This document shows positions 39,665 through 51,057 of a stretch of DNA of 64,000 bases, piece after piece (position 1 is the first letter of the stretch; each line of letters opens with the position of its first letter). The position numbers were made by a program, and so were the translations under genes. This stretch comes from Octopus sinensis (taxonomy: Eukaryota). The stretch covers positions 17,360,001-17,424,000 of the forward strand of contig NC_043017.1 of NCBI RefSeq assembly GCF_006345805.1, written 5' to 3'. The notes under the pieces are model-generated. The model did no database searches. It was given only the letters and a program-made list of their open reading frames with translations, and was not told the DNA's origin.

Positions 39665-41293
39665 ACGTAGGTTGTGTTTTTTTCGGCTCGTGAAATTTGT
39701 AAAAAAGAACAAAAAGTAAGTGGGAAAATTGTTGTTGTTGTGGAATTTTGTACGTTTGTTGATACGGTTTCGTGTTTCTGTTCGGGCGGCCGTTTTCGGT
39801 CTGCCAGACAGGAGGATATGGACGACCCCTCCCTGATGGGAGAGACGTCTAGAGTTTTTGGGTCTCTATCAGACTTGTCTACGTCCGAGGAGGAACTAGA
39901 AGAAGCAGTGAGGAAAATGGATCAGAAGCTGGGTTATACCTGTGCCGGTGTGACCAAGAAGGCGGAAGAGAAAGGGGTGGACTTGGCCAAGCTGCCAAGT
40001 TTCCAGAAATATATGAAGAAGGACAGCGGTGAGGTCGAACTAGCACCGACACCCAAGAGAAAAGAATGGTACGAGAAAAGGACAATCACATACAGGGTAT
40101 ACGCAAGCGGAAAGAGAAAGATAGAAGTGGTGAACATGGAGTGGATAGAGGAGGCGCTAAGAAGAACGGAAGAGGAAATTAATTTTCTGACGAGAGGTTC
40201 AAAATATGGTACTGTGGTAGTACAGTTCAAAAGTGAGAATGCAGCAAGGAAGATGGCGGCGAAGTCGGTGAAATCCGAGAAGGTAATATTTTTGCCTACA
40301 TATTTAAATAGAAAAATTACAAGAGTAAGGGTCGAGGGAATACCCCCAAACGTCGAAGCCGAGTGGATTGTGGCGGCTATAATCAGCAGCCCCGAGGATG
40401 AAGTGGACATCCTCCATGCCTCGGTTAAGACCGAGGGCTGGAGAGATGTGACAGTGGAACTAAATGTGCAGGCAGAGGATGATGTACTGGTGGACCTAGC
40501 AGAAAACATCAGATTGGGAGACGTAATCATGAGAGTGTGGGTGGAGGGCAGAGCTCCACGTTGTTACAAGTGTGGCCTGAGGGGTCACATAAGAGCTTAC
40601 TGCCCTCCCCCAGTGAAAGAAATGGATTCCGAGCCACAAAGAGAGGAGGAAAAAGAACAGAAACCAGAGGAAGAAAATTCACAAGAATGGGAAGAAGCCA
40701 GGAAAAAGAGGAAGAGGAGAATAAGAGGAAAAGAAAACAACATGGAACCCCAATCCACCCCAACACCACCCACACCCTCTGAGTCCCACCCTCTCCCTGC
40801 AGACAGTGAACCCACCCGCTCCCCTCCAACAAGAAAACAGAAAAGAAAAGACACACAAAACCAAAACACAAAAAATGAACCCAGGCCAAACATTGTATGT
40901 ATGACGGGAAAAGAAAAGATTAAAAAGAAAATGGAAGAGTATCAATGGTGTGACAGAGGAAAGATCAGGTATGCAGTAATTGGAAAAGGACGAATGGACG
41001 AGTTTATGGAAATGTGTGAAAGGGAGGATTGGGAAGTAATCATGAGGGATTTGGAAGAGACGTTTGAAAAAAGGATGGAGATGGAAGGATTTTGTATAGG
41101 AACGGAACAAGGAACATTTGTGTGGGATTAACAACTAAAGGACAGGTAAGTGATGTTAGCGGATGGGGCCGTTAGCATCACTTTCATAATATCATTTTCA
41201 AAATCCATCTTTCATTCTTGTAATTGTGATGTTCTATGTCCCCAATGTTTGTAGTGTCCCCTCTGTGTGGCCCCTCGTGGGTAATAAAGAATC
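39665..41293 (+). mobile_element. Full-length ORF1-only non-LTR retroposon (1629 bp) with 18-bp TSD
   Basis: TSD aagtattgtgaaataacg at 39647-39664 and 41294-41311. One long ORF, ~160-bp 3' UTR, no RT or endonuclease. Confidence 0.9.
39818..41131 (+). CDS. Intact LINE ORF1p/gag-like nucleic-acid-binding protein (437 aa from the first ATG)
   Basis: Acidic N-terminal motif SDLSTSEEELEEAV, an RRM-like region (GTVVVQF; ITRVRVEGIPP), zinc knuckle RCYKCGLRGHIRAYCP, and basic/Pro-rich C-terminus. The ORF track starts upstream at a non-ATG codon. Confidence 0.85.
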   Translation: MDDPSLMGETSRVFGSLSDLSTSEEELEEAVRKMDQKLGYTCAGVTKKAEEKGVDLAKLPSFQKYMKKDSGEVELAPTPKRKEWYEKRTITYRVYASGKRKIEVVNMEWIEEALRRTEEEINFLTRGSKYGTVVVQFKSENAARKMAAKSVKSEKVIFLPTYLNRKITRVRVEGIPPNVEAEWIVAAIISSPEDEVDILHASVKTEGWRDVTVELNVQAEDDVLVDLAENIRLGDVIMRVWVEGRAPRCYKCGLRGHIRAYCPPPVKEMDSEPQREEEKEQKPEEENSQEWEEARKKRKRRIRGKENNMEPQSTPTPPTPSESHPLPADSEPTRSPPTRKQKRKDTQNQNTKNEPRPNIVCMTGKEKIKKKMEEYQWCDRGKIRYAVIGKGRMDEFMEMCEREDWEVIMRDLEETFEKRMEMEGFCIGTEQGTFVWD

Positions 41294-41625
41294 AAGTATT
41301 GTGAAATAACGGTTTTAAAAATTTGGGAAAAAAGAGAAAACCGTGAATGGATAATGAACATTTTAAAAGGAAAGAGAAATCTTGTAAAACATTTGAAATA
41401 ATTGTAAAAACGTAACAGGCCAGGAGTGGCCGTCTAATTCTCATTTGTATAAATCCATATCATTCATTTTTCATGTGAAATGTCTTCGTGATGCATTGTG
41501 GGTAAAAATAAATTAGCATCGTGGATAATAAAAACCAAGCCTATAAGTGTAAATTTTTTATAGACGAGTAAGGCACACAAAGAACCAAACCAGCAGAGAA
41601 GTGCTAATATACGGAACGAACAAAA

Positions 41626-42273
41626 ATGGTCCTTAAAGGTATTCTAGCGTTGGTCTTCAACCAGTTATGTCTTACAGCTAATTGTGTTATTATTGCTTCA
41701 CCTGACAACGTGAATAACGATAGTGTTCCAGTAATGGCTCTTCTCACGAAGGAACACGACGATTTCTCTGTAGACATTAACGGCAAGAGTTTTGAAAGTA
41801 ACAATACTAACACCGCTGCTAATTTTACTGTGACACCTGCTACTCACAAAACCGAAATTCAACTTTTCTTAGAGCCAACAACGAAGGAACAGACGAAAAA
41901 TTTTTCTGAAAGCAGTACAAAAATGGAACGAACAAAACGCTGGGTGAGATCTGTGCTGATGAAAATTTTCTCGCCCTCTCGTAATTTCACTGATAGAAAT
42001 TATCTTGAAGTAGCTCCTGATAATACAGTTGTTCCTTCAGAAGAGGTTTTCTCTAGTGGTACCGCAGCAATGAGCACAATATCGAATTCTAAGGTGCCAT
42101 TAACCAATATTATGGAATCTTCTGACCAGGAATTGACGACACCTGTATACAACTGGACAACGACTCCAAGAATGAGTCTTAAAAAAGTTGTGACGATTTG
42201 GACCCTCTGTGGAATTAGTATAACTATTCTCATTATAATCCTTTCAGTGTGTTTGTATGCTTTCTGCGGATGA
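41626..42273 (+). CDS. Single-exon membrane-anchored glycoprotein with predicted furin site (215 aa)
   Basis: ATG in caaaaATGG context, hydrophobic N-terminus, 6 N-x-S/T sequons, RTKR|W at mid-protein, C-terminal hydrophobic helix ending CLYAFCG. Paralogue of 47768-48406. Confidence 0.8.
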   Translation: MVLKGILALVFNQLCLTANCVIIASPDNVNNDSVPVMALLTKEHDDFSVDINGKSFESNNTNTAANFTVTPATHKTEIQLFLEPTTKEQTKNFSESSTKMERTKRWVRSVLMKIFSPSRNFTDRNYLEVAPDNTVVPSEEVFSSGTAAMSTISNSKVPLTNIMESSDQELTTPVYNWTTTPRMSLKKVVTIWTLCGISITILIIILSVCLYAFCG

Positions 42274-44081
42274 GAAACCAATGTGACTTTTGTTAGTAAA
42301 ATAATTCTCGTATTTATTAAATTTCACTACTTATTTTTAATTTCAAATGAAGTTTTTGTTCGAAGACTGTGATTATGATGCAAAGCTACATTATTTTCTC
42401 TAATATTTATACGTGCATTCTTCCAAATACTTTCAGTTGTCGAAACTGAGATTCCGTCCGGTCTCCAGACGGTGAGTGTAGCCAACGAAAGTTATTGGAA
42501 ATAGCGGACAGTGACTTGCAAGCTCGTCTATTTCACGCTTGAAATAAAAATTTCAAGGGAAGAAATTTTCCCCTGTAGAAAATCTTTATGGATTGGCATA
42601 GCCTGTCCTAAGTTAAGCTTTACTATTTTGAAGGTTATTTGAAGTTTGAAGATAAACAAATTTTGTGGTTGCTGTTGAAGTCCGACTTTAACTTTGTCAA
42701 ATTTGTTACGGTTGTTCTTTGTTTTTGAGCACAATTCTTGTTCTAACCAGTCTTCATAACGTGATTTCTCACCTAAAGTTGAATAACATTTCATGTATGA
42801 ATGATCGCTTTGTAGAAGAAAATTTTGTTTGAACCAGAAGGGAATTGGCCATAACTGGTTTCAGGGCATCAGATCTCTTCAAATCGGAGACTGTCTGAAT
42901 GCGTGCAACAAAGTAACGTCTACGAGAAACCCGAAAGTGCATGTAGTGGTGGTTAACCGGAGAACAAAGAGCATTTACATCTTAATTTCAGGTGCACATG
43001 GGCTCGAACCCAAAACCACATTATGAAGCAAACGTAATTGCACACGCATTGTAATTTAGCAATGTAAACTGGCTTTTGTATATCGGATCTAGATATTGTG
43101 CCAAGGAGGCAGACTCATTATAATATTGGAAAAAATGCCTTGCTGTATTTTTCTGCCTCGTAACGCTCTGGGTTCAAATTCTACCGAGTCCAACTTTACT
43201 TTTTTTTATATATATAATCAACTAGCCTCTCCGGCAAAATTTCAGGTCTTGTGCCTATAGTAAGGATATAATCGACTCGCCAACTCCACATGCTATTTTT
43301 GGCTTTGTGTCAATATTTGAAACCAGTATTAACTTAGATTTGGCAAAACCAATTAATAACACTTTGTCATTCAATGCTGTCATATCTTTGGAAGGTGTAT
43401 GAGAGAAGTGTGGATGCAGAGAAAAAAAATTGCGAAATGGAAGGGACTGAGTGAAGCTACAAAGAGAGGGATTTGATATGATGATAAAGGTGTTTGGGTA
43501 CCTGATGGAAAATGAGACTTATGGATGGATTATTTTTTTTTTTTTTTTTTTTTTTTAAACATTTGCAAATGGTAGATGGGTTCTGGTTGTATGAGGATCC
43601 ACCTTCTGTAGTGGAATACGGGAGGTTGAATTGAGATACCAAGATAAAAAAAAAACTTAATTTGAAAAAAGACTGGAAAATAATATGAACTTTGAAAAAT
43701 AATCCACATATGTAGATGTTGTTAATGAAAAGACTGTTAAAAAAAAATCTAACCACTCGACTTCGGAGATCGAGTGGGCATTGCGCCTCATTTTCATTCT
43801 TTCATATTCTCATTCGTTTCTTTTTTTTTTTTTCTTGTTTCATTCTCTGTTTGTAATTTTTAGTTCCCCTGGTTTGTCACGTTTTATATTGTTGTTTTGC
43901 ATTTGTCGACAAGCATCTTCGTGTTACCTTTTATAGGTAATAAAAAAAAAATTAGACCATCTTTGGAAGAATTGACGAGTTCACCATCAAGAACTTGATT
44001 CTGTGAGTTCCCGCAATAGCGTTTTCTGTGATTGTTGGCTTTAAATATGAAGTTCTAACTTTGGCTCCGTCAAATACTTAC

Positions 44082-44216
44082 AATGGACGGAGTGTAGTAG
44101 ATTGACAGTACCTCCACAGTACTTGACTGGCACTGTTTGCCCACACCTCCGATGGTTGCGAGGAAAAGTTGACATCGGCGAAATTCGAACTTGGAACGTA
44201 ATGTCTCCTACCGTAT
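44082..44216 (-). other. Candidate 135-nt internal exon of an unidentified gene
   Basis: Acceptor-like ttctttaag|, donor |gtaagt, length divisible by 3. Two frames are open (phase 1: TVGDITFQVRISPMSTFPRNHRRCGQTVPVKYCGGTVNLLHSVH). Unique sequence, no recognised homology. Confidence 0.3.
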
Positions 44217-45099
44217 CTTAAAGAATTTAGTACAACGTTCTCACGATTCTGATACTGCATGGACCTTAGATTTAGATTCCAATCAATCTGGGAAGTATAT
44301 ATATTAACGATATTAAAAATTTCTGCAATTGTAACATTTTGAGTTGACGGAGCACCAAAGATGGCCTGAATGTTAATAAACGTGTGTATTTTGAAAACTT
44401 TGTTACCATTTATATAACAGAATATATCGTGGAAGTATATTTTTATCTGATCTTTAACCCATTTGATAACTCTATATAAACATGACAGTTGTACAATTTT
44501 CATTTATTTTTGTATAAAATTCTTTATAGAGGCCGTATCTCTATTTCCTTTCCTGTTTCAATCCGCTAAATAAATCCCAGAATGTTTATAATTGTGATAC
44601 CTTACACCCAAATCTTGACACTCAAATTCAAGTCTTCTGATTTTTTTTATTTACTCAATGGAACCCTATAAGTGCCTTGCAGTATAGTTCCGATTGTTTC
44701 TAAATTTGACACCCGCCTGTTATTTCATTATTATATTCCGGGAATTTAACCATAATAAAACTTTCTTTCACACGAGATATTCAACTTTAAATATTTGCTG
44801 CTTCCTCCTCCCCGTAACACTTAAATATTAAAATCTCTTGGCGACATTCACACCATAAAATATAAGGGTTTTAAGACGTGTTGCGTTTTATTACATTTGA
44901 TAATCTACTCAATCTGTGTGTGTGTGTGTGTGTGTGTGTTACTCTTTCTTAATGAAAAAGGGTGGGGGGCATTAATTCGGAAACCTTCCCTCAGCACCCA
45001 GTTTAAGTATACAAGAAGCACAATTTTTCTTTCTAACATTAAAAGTCGGTTTGGATAGATTTGAACTCGTGTATATACATGCATTATAACCAACGTATT

Positions 45100-45402
45100 G
45101 GGGTACTACTAGTGAACAGTGGTCCCGGTGCGCACACTCGCGCATCCGCGCTAGCTGGTCGTAAGTAGTCGATCCTACAACGACTTTCTGACCCTAACCT
45201 TAGTTTGTTTATAAAAATAATTTATTTACTTAGTTTAAAACTTTGCGTTTTATTTACTTTGTTCGAGAAATATTCAATTTTCTTTGATACGTGTTCAGCC
45301 TTGAAAAACAAACATACGCGCAAGTCGTTGTAGGATGGACTACTTACGACTGGCTAGCGCGGATGCGCGAGTGCGCACACCACTGTTCGCTTGTAGTACC
45401 CA
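45100..45402. mobile_element. MITE with ~80-bp GC-rich TIRs
   Basis: Left gggtactactagtgaacagtgg...atcctacaacgactt is the reverse complement, with a few differences, of right aagtcgttgtaggat...ccactgttcgcttgtagtaccc. AT-rich core; possible tatt TSD. Confidence 0.85.
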
Positions 45403-47767
45403 TATTGGACTCTTAATTCACAGCCCTAACTCTGGGTTAGATTGTTCTCAGTATCTTATGCATTTATTGAACTGAAGACTTGTCAGCACTTTTTGTAGAG
45501 TACATGTTTGTTATAATTTTTTAGAAGATTTTTTTGTTATAATTTTTTTTTAATGTTCCACATTAAATTAAATTAAGTGGAGGAGAAAGAAAAACGGCAT
45601 TTCTTCCAGCACTTTACGTTCTGAGTTCAAATCCCGCCTTGGTCAACTTTGTTTTGCATTCCTTCAGGATCAATGAAATAAAGTACCAGCCAAATACTGC
45701 TATCGATTTAATCGACTTGTCCCCTCCCTTCAAAATTGAGGGAAGAGGTACATAATTCCAAAACGCCACGGCTATTTCATCCCCTGCATATAAGTTGTAT
45801 CTCTCCGTCTTTCAGAATATCGCTCTGTATATTCAGTAGAGCAGAAGAGCACCTTTCATAAATGCTTATCCTTCCTGAAATTCAATTTCAGCCTCGATTT
45901 GAGAATAACATTTTACCTCCAAAGGAATAAAGATGACTTCTTGCTAGAGTGTCTTGATAGTGTTAAGAAAGTCTCTAGGGGAGGGGTATTAAAAAATAAA
46001 CAAATATCAATGTGGATTAAACTGTGCCGAAAGGGAGGGGAGACGTTCTAATTCCTTCCCTAACAGAAGGGGATAGAGGCGGTAACTAGACACACAACAG
46101 CGGAGCTTCTGAGTAGAAAGAGACAACCTTTATTCAATACATGAAAAGAAAAAATAGAAAAAAATGAAGTCACGGTTGGGACTGCTTTGATTATAAGCAT
46201 GTTTGGTAACACCTATGATCAAAGCTTTTCCAACAGTGACTATCCAGAATTGATCAGGTGATAAGCACTAAATGGTATGTATTTGTACAATAGAGTACAA
46301 TAGTCACAGTAAGTATGGCTTGGTAATGTGCACCATACTTTCGCTAACTGTTTTAGGTGCCTGTATAGTCGTGTGCGGACATAGACGTCCTCTTGAGCCT
46401 CTCACACTTGAACCAGCAGAATGTCTATGGTGTAACAACCGCAGAGAAAAATAGAGGGGATGCTGCATCGGCATCTTGGTTGATACTCATCATAGTAGAC
46501 TGAGGCAACATGAAAAGAAGTACCTTGTTTAAGGACACAATGTATCGCCCGCTTCAGGATTTCACTCCACATTATCATCAAGAACACTAGACCACGTCAT
46601 TATATTGTACCTTTCTGAAAATTGAACCCGCAATTATGTCTGTAAATTAAAAATGTTCGAAAGGTTTTTTAAATACTTTTTATTAAAATGTCACTATCAA
46701 ACCACGCCTACTTGGAAGCTTTTTTGTTGTAAATACAGAATAATTAATAACTAATATTTCTATTTAAAAATTATTATAATTAATATATGGAGAAAAGAAA
46801 AGTAAAGACTATTGATAAAGTGTATTTTGAACAAAAACAAGTTTGGAGTTTAGTGTACTCCAGAAATGGTCTTCGTATAAACGGGGTCGATAAAATAATT
46901 ACCATTTGAACAACTGGGGTCGATGTAATCGACTTAACCCCTTTTCCCGAACTTGCTGGCCTTGTGCCAAAATTTGAAATCAATATATATGATGGGGTCA
47001 CCTGTCGAAAACAACGTATGATTGTTCAGTAATGAGGACAGAAGCAACTCCAACAAGTTTTAAATAAGCGGGATAACATTCAAACAAATGGCCTGCTGAA
47101 CTTGACATTCACAAGATTCAAACACAAGAATGGCACACACACACACAAACACATCATCCACGGATAAAAATCCTTCAATACAGTTAATTTGTTTTCATTT
47201 ATTACAATTCTAATATGTACAAAGAACATTCAATTTGATGATTAGGCATATGTATTTTCAATATAAATAAATAAATAAAGATATATATATAATGAATGAT
47301 AGTCGTTATTGCAGATGAAGTAGATGTTGAGCACTTCAAATCTAGTGGTGTCGCCTTAAGGAGGTCGACTTATAAATGACTCTTATTTTACTTGAGATAA
47401 ACTGAAACCGTCACAAAAAAGTTTAACAATTTCATTTTTAAAGCGTTACTTAAATTGTAACAAAAGTATTAAAAAAATTGTTATGGAAACTTGATATTGT
47501 TTTCAAAACTGTAAAGTTTAACAAGATTTAAGATTTAAAATCGTCAAAACATAAATTTTGTCTTTCTTCAACATTTTCTTTGCGCTGGTAAGAGAATGGC
47601 TTGGGTTCGGTTGAGTCGAGGTACGTAAGCAATACTGTAAAAAAAAATGGTAGTCTGGCTCGGTACCATCTTCGCTGTTCTCAGACAGGTTCCTTTAAAA
47701 TATATATTCTGTGCGGAATGAAATTTAGTAAACACAGGGATTCTCTTCTACAAGCCACATTCGTTTT

Positions 47768-48406
47768 TCAGTCGCAGAATTCAAGACCACACATAGAAAT
47801 GGTTATAATCAGAACAATCACACTAATTGCAGTCATTATCCAAATTATAATCATTTTTTTACTACTCCATTTTATATCATCTGGCTCTCTCGTCTCATGT
47901 GAACCCAGATCCTCTTTTTCCTCTATAGGACCAAGATAAAGATTACTCCAGTCTTTTTTGTCAAGAATCAATGCATCATGAAGGGAGATTTTGTGCTTTT
48001 TATCTGGCTTTTTAATATTTGTCAATTTATTCACGTCATTCGCGTCATAGGGGACAATCTCTACTGCCGAATGACCCGGCTGATCTTTTTCTGTTTCGGT
48101 AGATTTGGTACCTTCATGATTATTTTCTGAAGCGAAATTCTGAGATGTTGAGAAATCTCTCAAAAATACAGTTCTAAGCCAACGTTTGGTTTGATCTAGC
48201 ATTGCATTTCTTTCAAAGGAATTCCTCTGTTCCTTCATTGCAGGCTCTCCTAAAAGAATTGGAATTTCCGTTCTGGGACTATGCATTATAGAAGGTATTA
48301 CAATGCAATTATTAACGTAATTTGTATTAGTATTATTATTTCTAAAACTTTTACTGTTAAGATTCATACAAAAACAACTGCTTTCTCTTGTCGGAAGAAC
48401 CTTCAC
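47768..48406 (-). CDS. Paralogue of the 41626 glycoprotein with a disrupted or spliced 5' end
   Basis: Shares NxKSFxxNNTNT, TEI, EPxxKEQ, TKRW.R.V, FS.S.NF and the C-terminal KK...IW...IS...LII..S.C...FC helix. The ORF starts at GTG, and the signal-peptide-homologous codons upstream are out of frame. Confidence 0.65.
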   Translation of the reverse strand: MKVLPTRESSCFCMNLNSKSFRNNNTNTNYVNNCIVIPSIMHSPRTEIPILLGEPAMKEQRNSFERNAMLDQTKRWLRTVFLRDFSTSQNFASENNHEGTKSTETEKDQPGHSAVEIVPYDANDVNKLTNIKKPDKKHKISLHDALILDKKDWSNLYLGPIEEKEDLGSHETREPDDIKWSSKKMIIIWIMTAISVIVLIITISMCGLEFCD

Positions 48407-48727
48407 TGAGTGAGGTTGTCGTTCTCAACGCAATCACGTGATGTTATTTAACGTTTTATTATGACACAATCGACTGTATGACTCGATTAACGTCAGAATA
48501 CCGTTAAAGTACAAGTTTATTTCGGTTGTTGATTCTTCCATACAGATTTGGTTGTTGGTGGAACAGAAATTTCGCTCTTCTCCTTTATTCATTCTTCCAT
48601 ATATTTATAAAGACAACACTTGCCTTTCTCATCATGGATGTTGTAATTCATCAACAAAAACTTGAAGCTAAAAACACTACCCTACCTACCTACCTACCTA
48701 CATACATACATACATACATACATACAT

Positions 48728-48783
<56 letters not shown>

Positions 48784-48804
48784 CAGTTTATCATGAACAA
48801 ATAA

Positions 48805-49460
48805 CCTGATTACTACCTCCCACTTTAAAGGGTATGCGTTTTCAATCCAGGAACAGGAAGTATCAACCAAATACCTGATGCACTAAATGCATAGAGATGC
48901 AGGAAAAGCAATAAAATGTGACAACTGATGCAAACTTTGTGTAACTAGGACACTCTATAATGAAATCCGTCGGAAGGATAACCCCGAGGACAAAGAATTA
49001 AGAATCCACAGTATGGTAGAAGCCATAGCTACTCATAATAAAAAGGAGTACTGATGGAATGTCCCAGTGAAAACCTCAATAAAATATAAATACAACAGAC
49101 CTGATATAATGATTTGGGATAGAGAAGAGAAACCGTGTACAGTTGTGGGAATTAGCTGCCCAGCGGATGTTAACATACAGCTGAAGATCAGGGAAAAAGA
49201 AAATACTTGCACTGAACTATTGAAAAATCTGCAGTTACTCTATTTAGATTACAAGTTCGGGTTTATTACCTGTAATTATTGGGGTCCTGGGATATGTAGC
49301 ACACTGCCTAAATACCAATCTTGAGAAATTAGGCTTCTCAAAACCAGAAAGGAGAAAGCTAATTCGAAGACTACAGATCCAGTCTATCACTGAAACTGTG
49401 AAAATCTGTAAAACCTTCCAGAAATTTATCATTCAAGTATTTATGAGCGTTCAATATATG
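48805..49460 (+). mobile_element. 3' fragment of an R4/Dong-like LINE (restriction-like endonuclease domain)
   Basis: KYNRPDIMIWDREEKPCTVVGISCPADVN resembles the RPD...(D/E) RLE motif and is preceded by a CKLC remnant. Confidence 0.75.
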
Positions 49461-49624
49461 CAACTATATGTATGAGAAGACACATAATACAAAACATACG
49501 AATCTGCACGTATACATACAAAATTACCTGGAACCATGTGACAGAGAAGCAAGTTTCTTACCACATAGCCAAACCTGCGCATATATATACATATGTACCC
49601 AGGAATGGTTCCACGTGTAGCATA

Positions 49625-50115
49625 TGTATAAAGAACAGAAGTGGGGTTCAAAATTCGCAACAGCTTCTCCGTCACCATTTTATTGATGCATTCTTGGATT
49701 ACATTACGGCAAAAATCTACCATCTTCAAGTAAATTTTAAGCCTAGAAACAGAGATGTCTAGTTCCCCAACAATCATGGTGGGACAAGTGAAATTTTGAG
49801 AAAGCACAGTAGTTCAAAACTACTTATTTTCGATTTGCTGTCTTAATTAGTTTCTAGCTCTGGCCGGTGGTCAAAGACAACACATGGCCAGAACAATGAA
49901 CTAATTAAGATAGCAACTCGAAAATAAGTAGTTTTGAACTAGTTGCGTTCTGTGCTTCTGACCCACATCCCCTATAAATTCTATTGTACTTTTTCAAAAT
50001 TTCACTTCTTTCTCTGTGATTGTTTGGCAGGTTTTTGCCATGATGTAATCTAAGAATGAGTCGATAAAAAATTTGGCGAAACAGCTGTTGTGAATTTTAA
50101 GCCCACTTCTGTTAT

Positions 50116-50120
<5 letters not shown>
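49625..50120. repeat. Degenerate large inverted repeat with a tight central hairpin (49810-49941)
   Basis: tagttcaaaactacttattttcga... pairs with ...tcgaaaataagtagttttgaacta. Outer arms share tcaaaatttcactt, tttttgcc..atgtaatc.aagaatg and agctgttg.gaatttt...cccacttctgtt in inverted orientation. Confidence 0.8.
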
Positions 50121-50206
<86 letters not shown>

Positions 50207-50428
50207 TTGTGTGTGTGTACATATATAATTTAAACGGAATGCTTTCTTTGATGCATGTATATATATATCAATGTCTATATTTATGAATATGTGTATGTAT
50301 GCATATATACATACATTTATACATATATATATATAAAATATTTGCGAAGGCAATCGAGTAAAAGTTCTGACATATAAACAGGATATAAAAGCTGAATAAT
50401 CTCAGTCATTTGTCTATAATACATCTCG

Positions 50429-50462
<34 letters not shown>

Positions 50463-50507
50463 ATATATACATACATACATACATGGTTATTTTTATACAC
50501 AAACGCG

Positions 50508-50583
<76 letters not shown>

Positions 50584-50597
50584 ATATATATATATTG

Positions 50598-50647
<50 letters not shown>

Positions 50648-50659
50648 ATATATATATTG

Positions 50660-50714
<55 letters not shown>

Positions 50715-50719
50715 TATTG

Positions 50720-50783
<64 letters not shown>

Positions 50784-51016
50784 TTGTATTTATACCTATG
50801 TTTATATTTATTAACTTACATATTTTGGTCTGCTACCAAATGCCAGATGAGATATTTTGGAACTCACCGAACACATGTGTTTGAACGAAACTTTTGGCAC
50901 ATACCATTTAGATAGAACAATGCTTCTTTCTCTGCTGTTTTACATATAGAGACCAAGTTTTCCGCGTATGAAAGACTGTGTTTGCGCGCCTGTGTGTGCA
51001 TGTGTGTTTATGTATT

Positions 51017-51057
<41 letters not shown>

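Larger units (their letters stand above)
38503..41512 (+). mobile_element. Older, divergent zinc-knuckle ORF1 element acting as host of a nest
   Basis: In frame KVACLPETVELPNGGKLEIVLDGRLPSCCSCEERGHIKKGC (CX2CX4HX4C), aligning with LAETVTLGEIVLRVWVEGRVPRCFKCG. Interrupted by a SINE-A dimer and by the 39665 element. Ends ttgtgggtaaaaataaa. Confidence 0.7.

Noticed and set aside
41626-42273. Viral envelope/fusion protein, suggested by signal peptide, furin site and TM next to gag-like ORFs
   Set aside because: It is too short, has no long hydrophobic fusion peptide, heptad repeat or Cys framework after the cleavage site, and lies outside the TSD-bounded elements.
31582-42281. Antisense ORFs 31582-31956, 39934-40530 and 42000-42281
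   Set aside because: They are shadows of the sense-strand coding regions.
44078-44503. 141-aa minus-strand ORF as a stand-alone gene
   Set aside because: Its 5' two-thirds is AT-rich and intron-like with no recognisable domain; only the 135-nt sub-segment is kept as a candidate exon.
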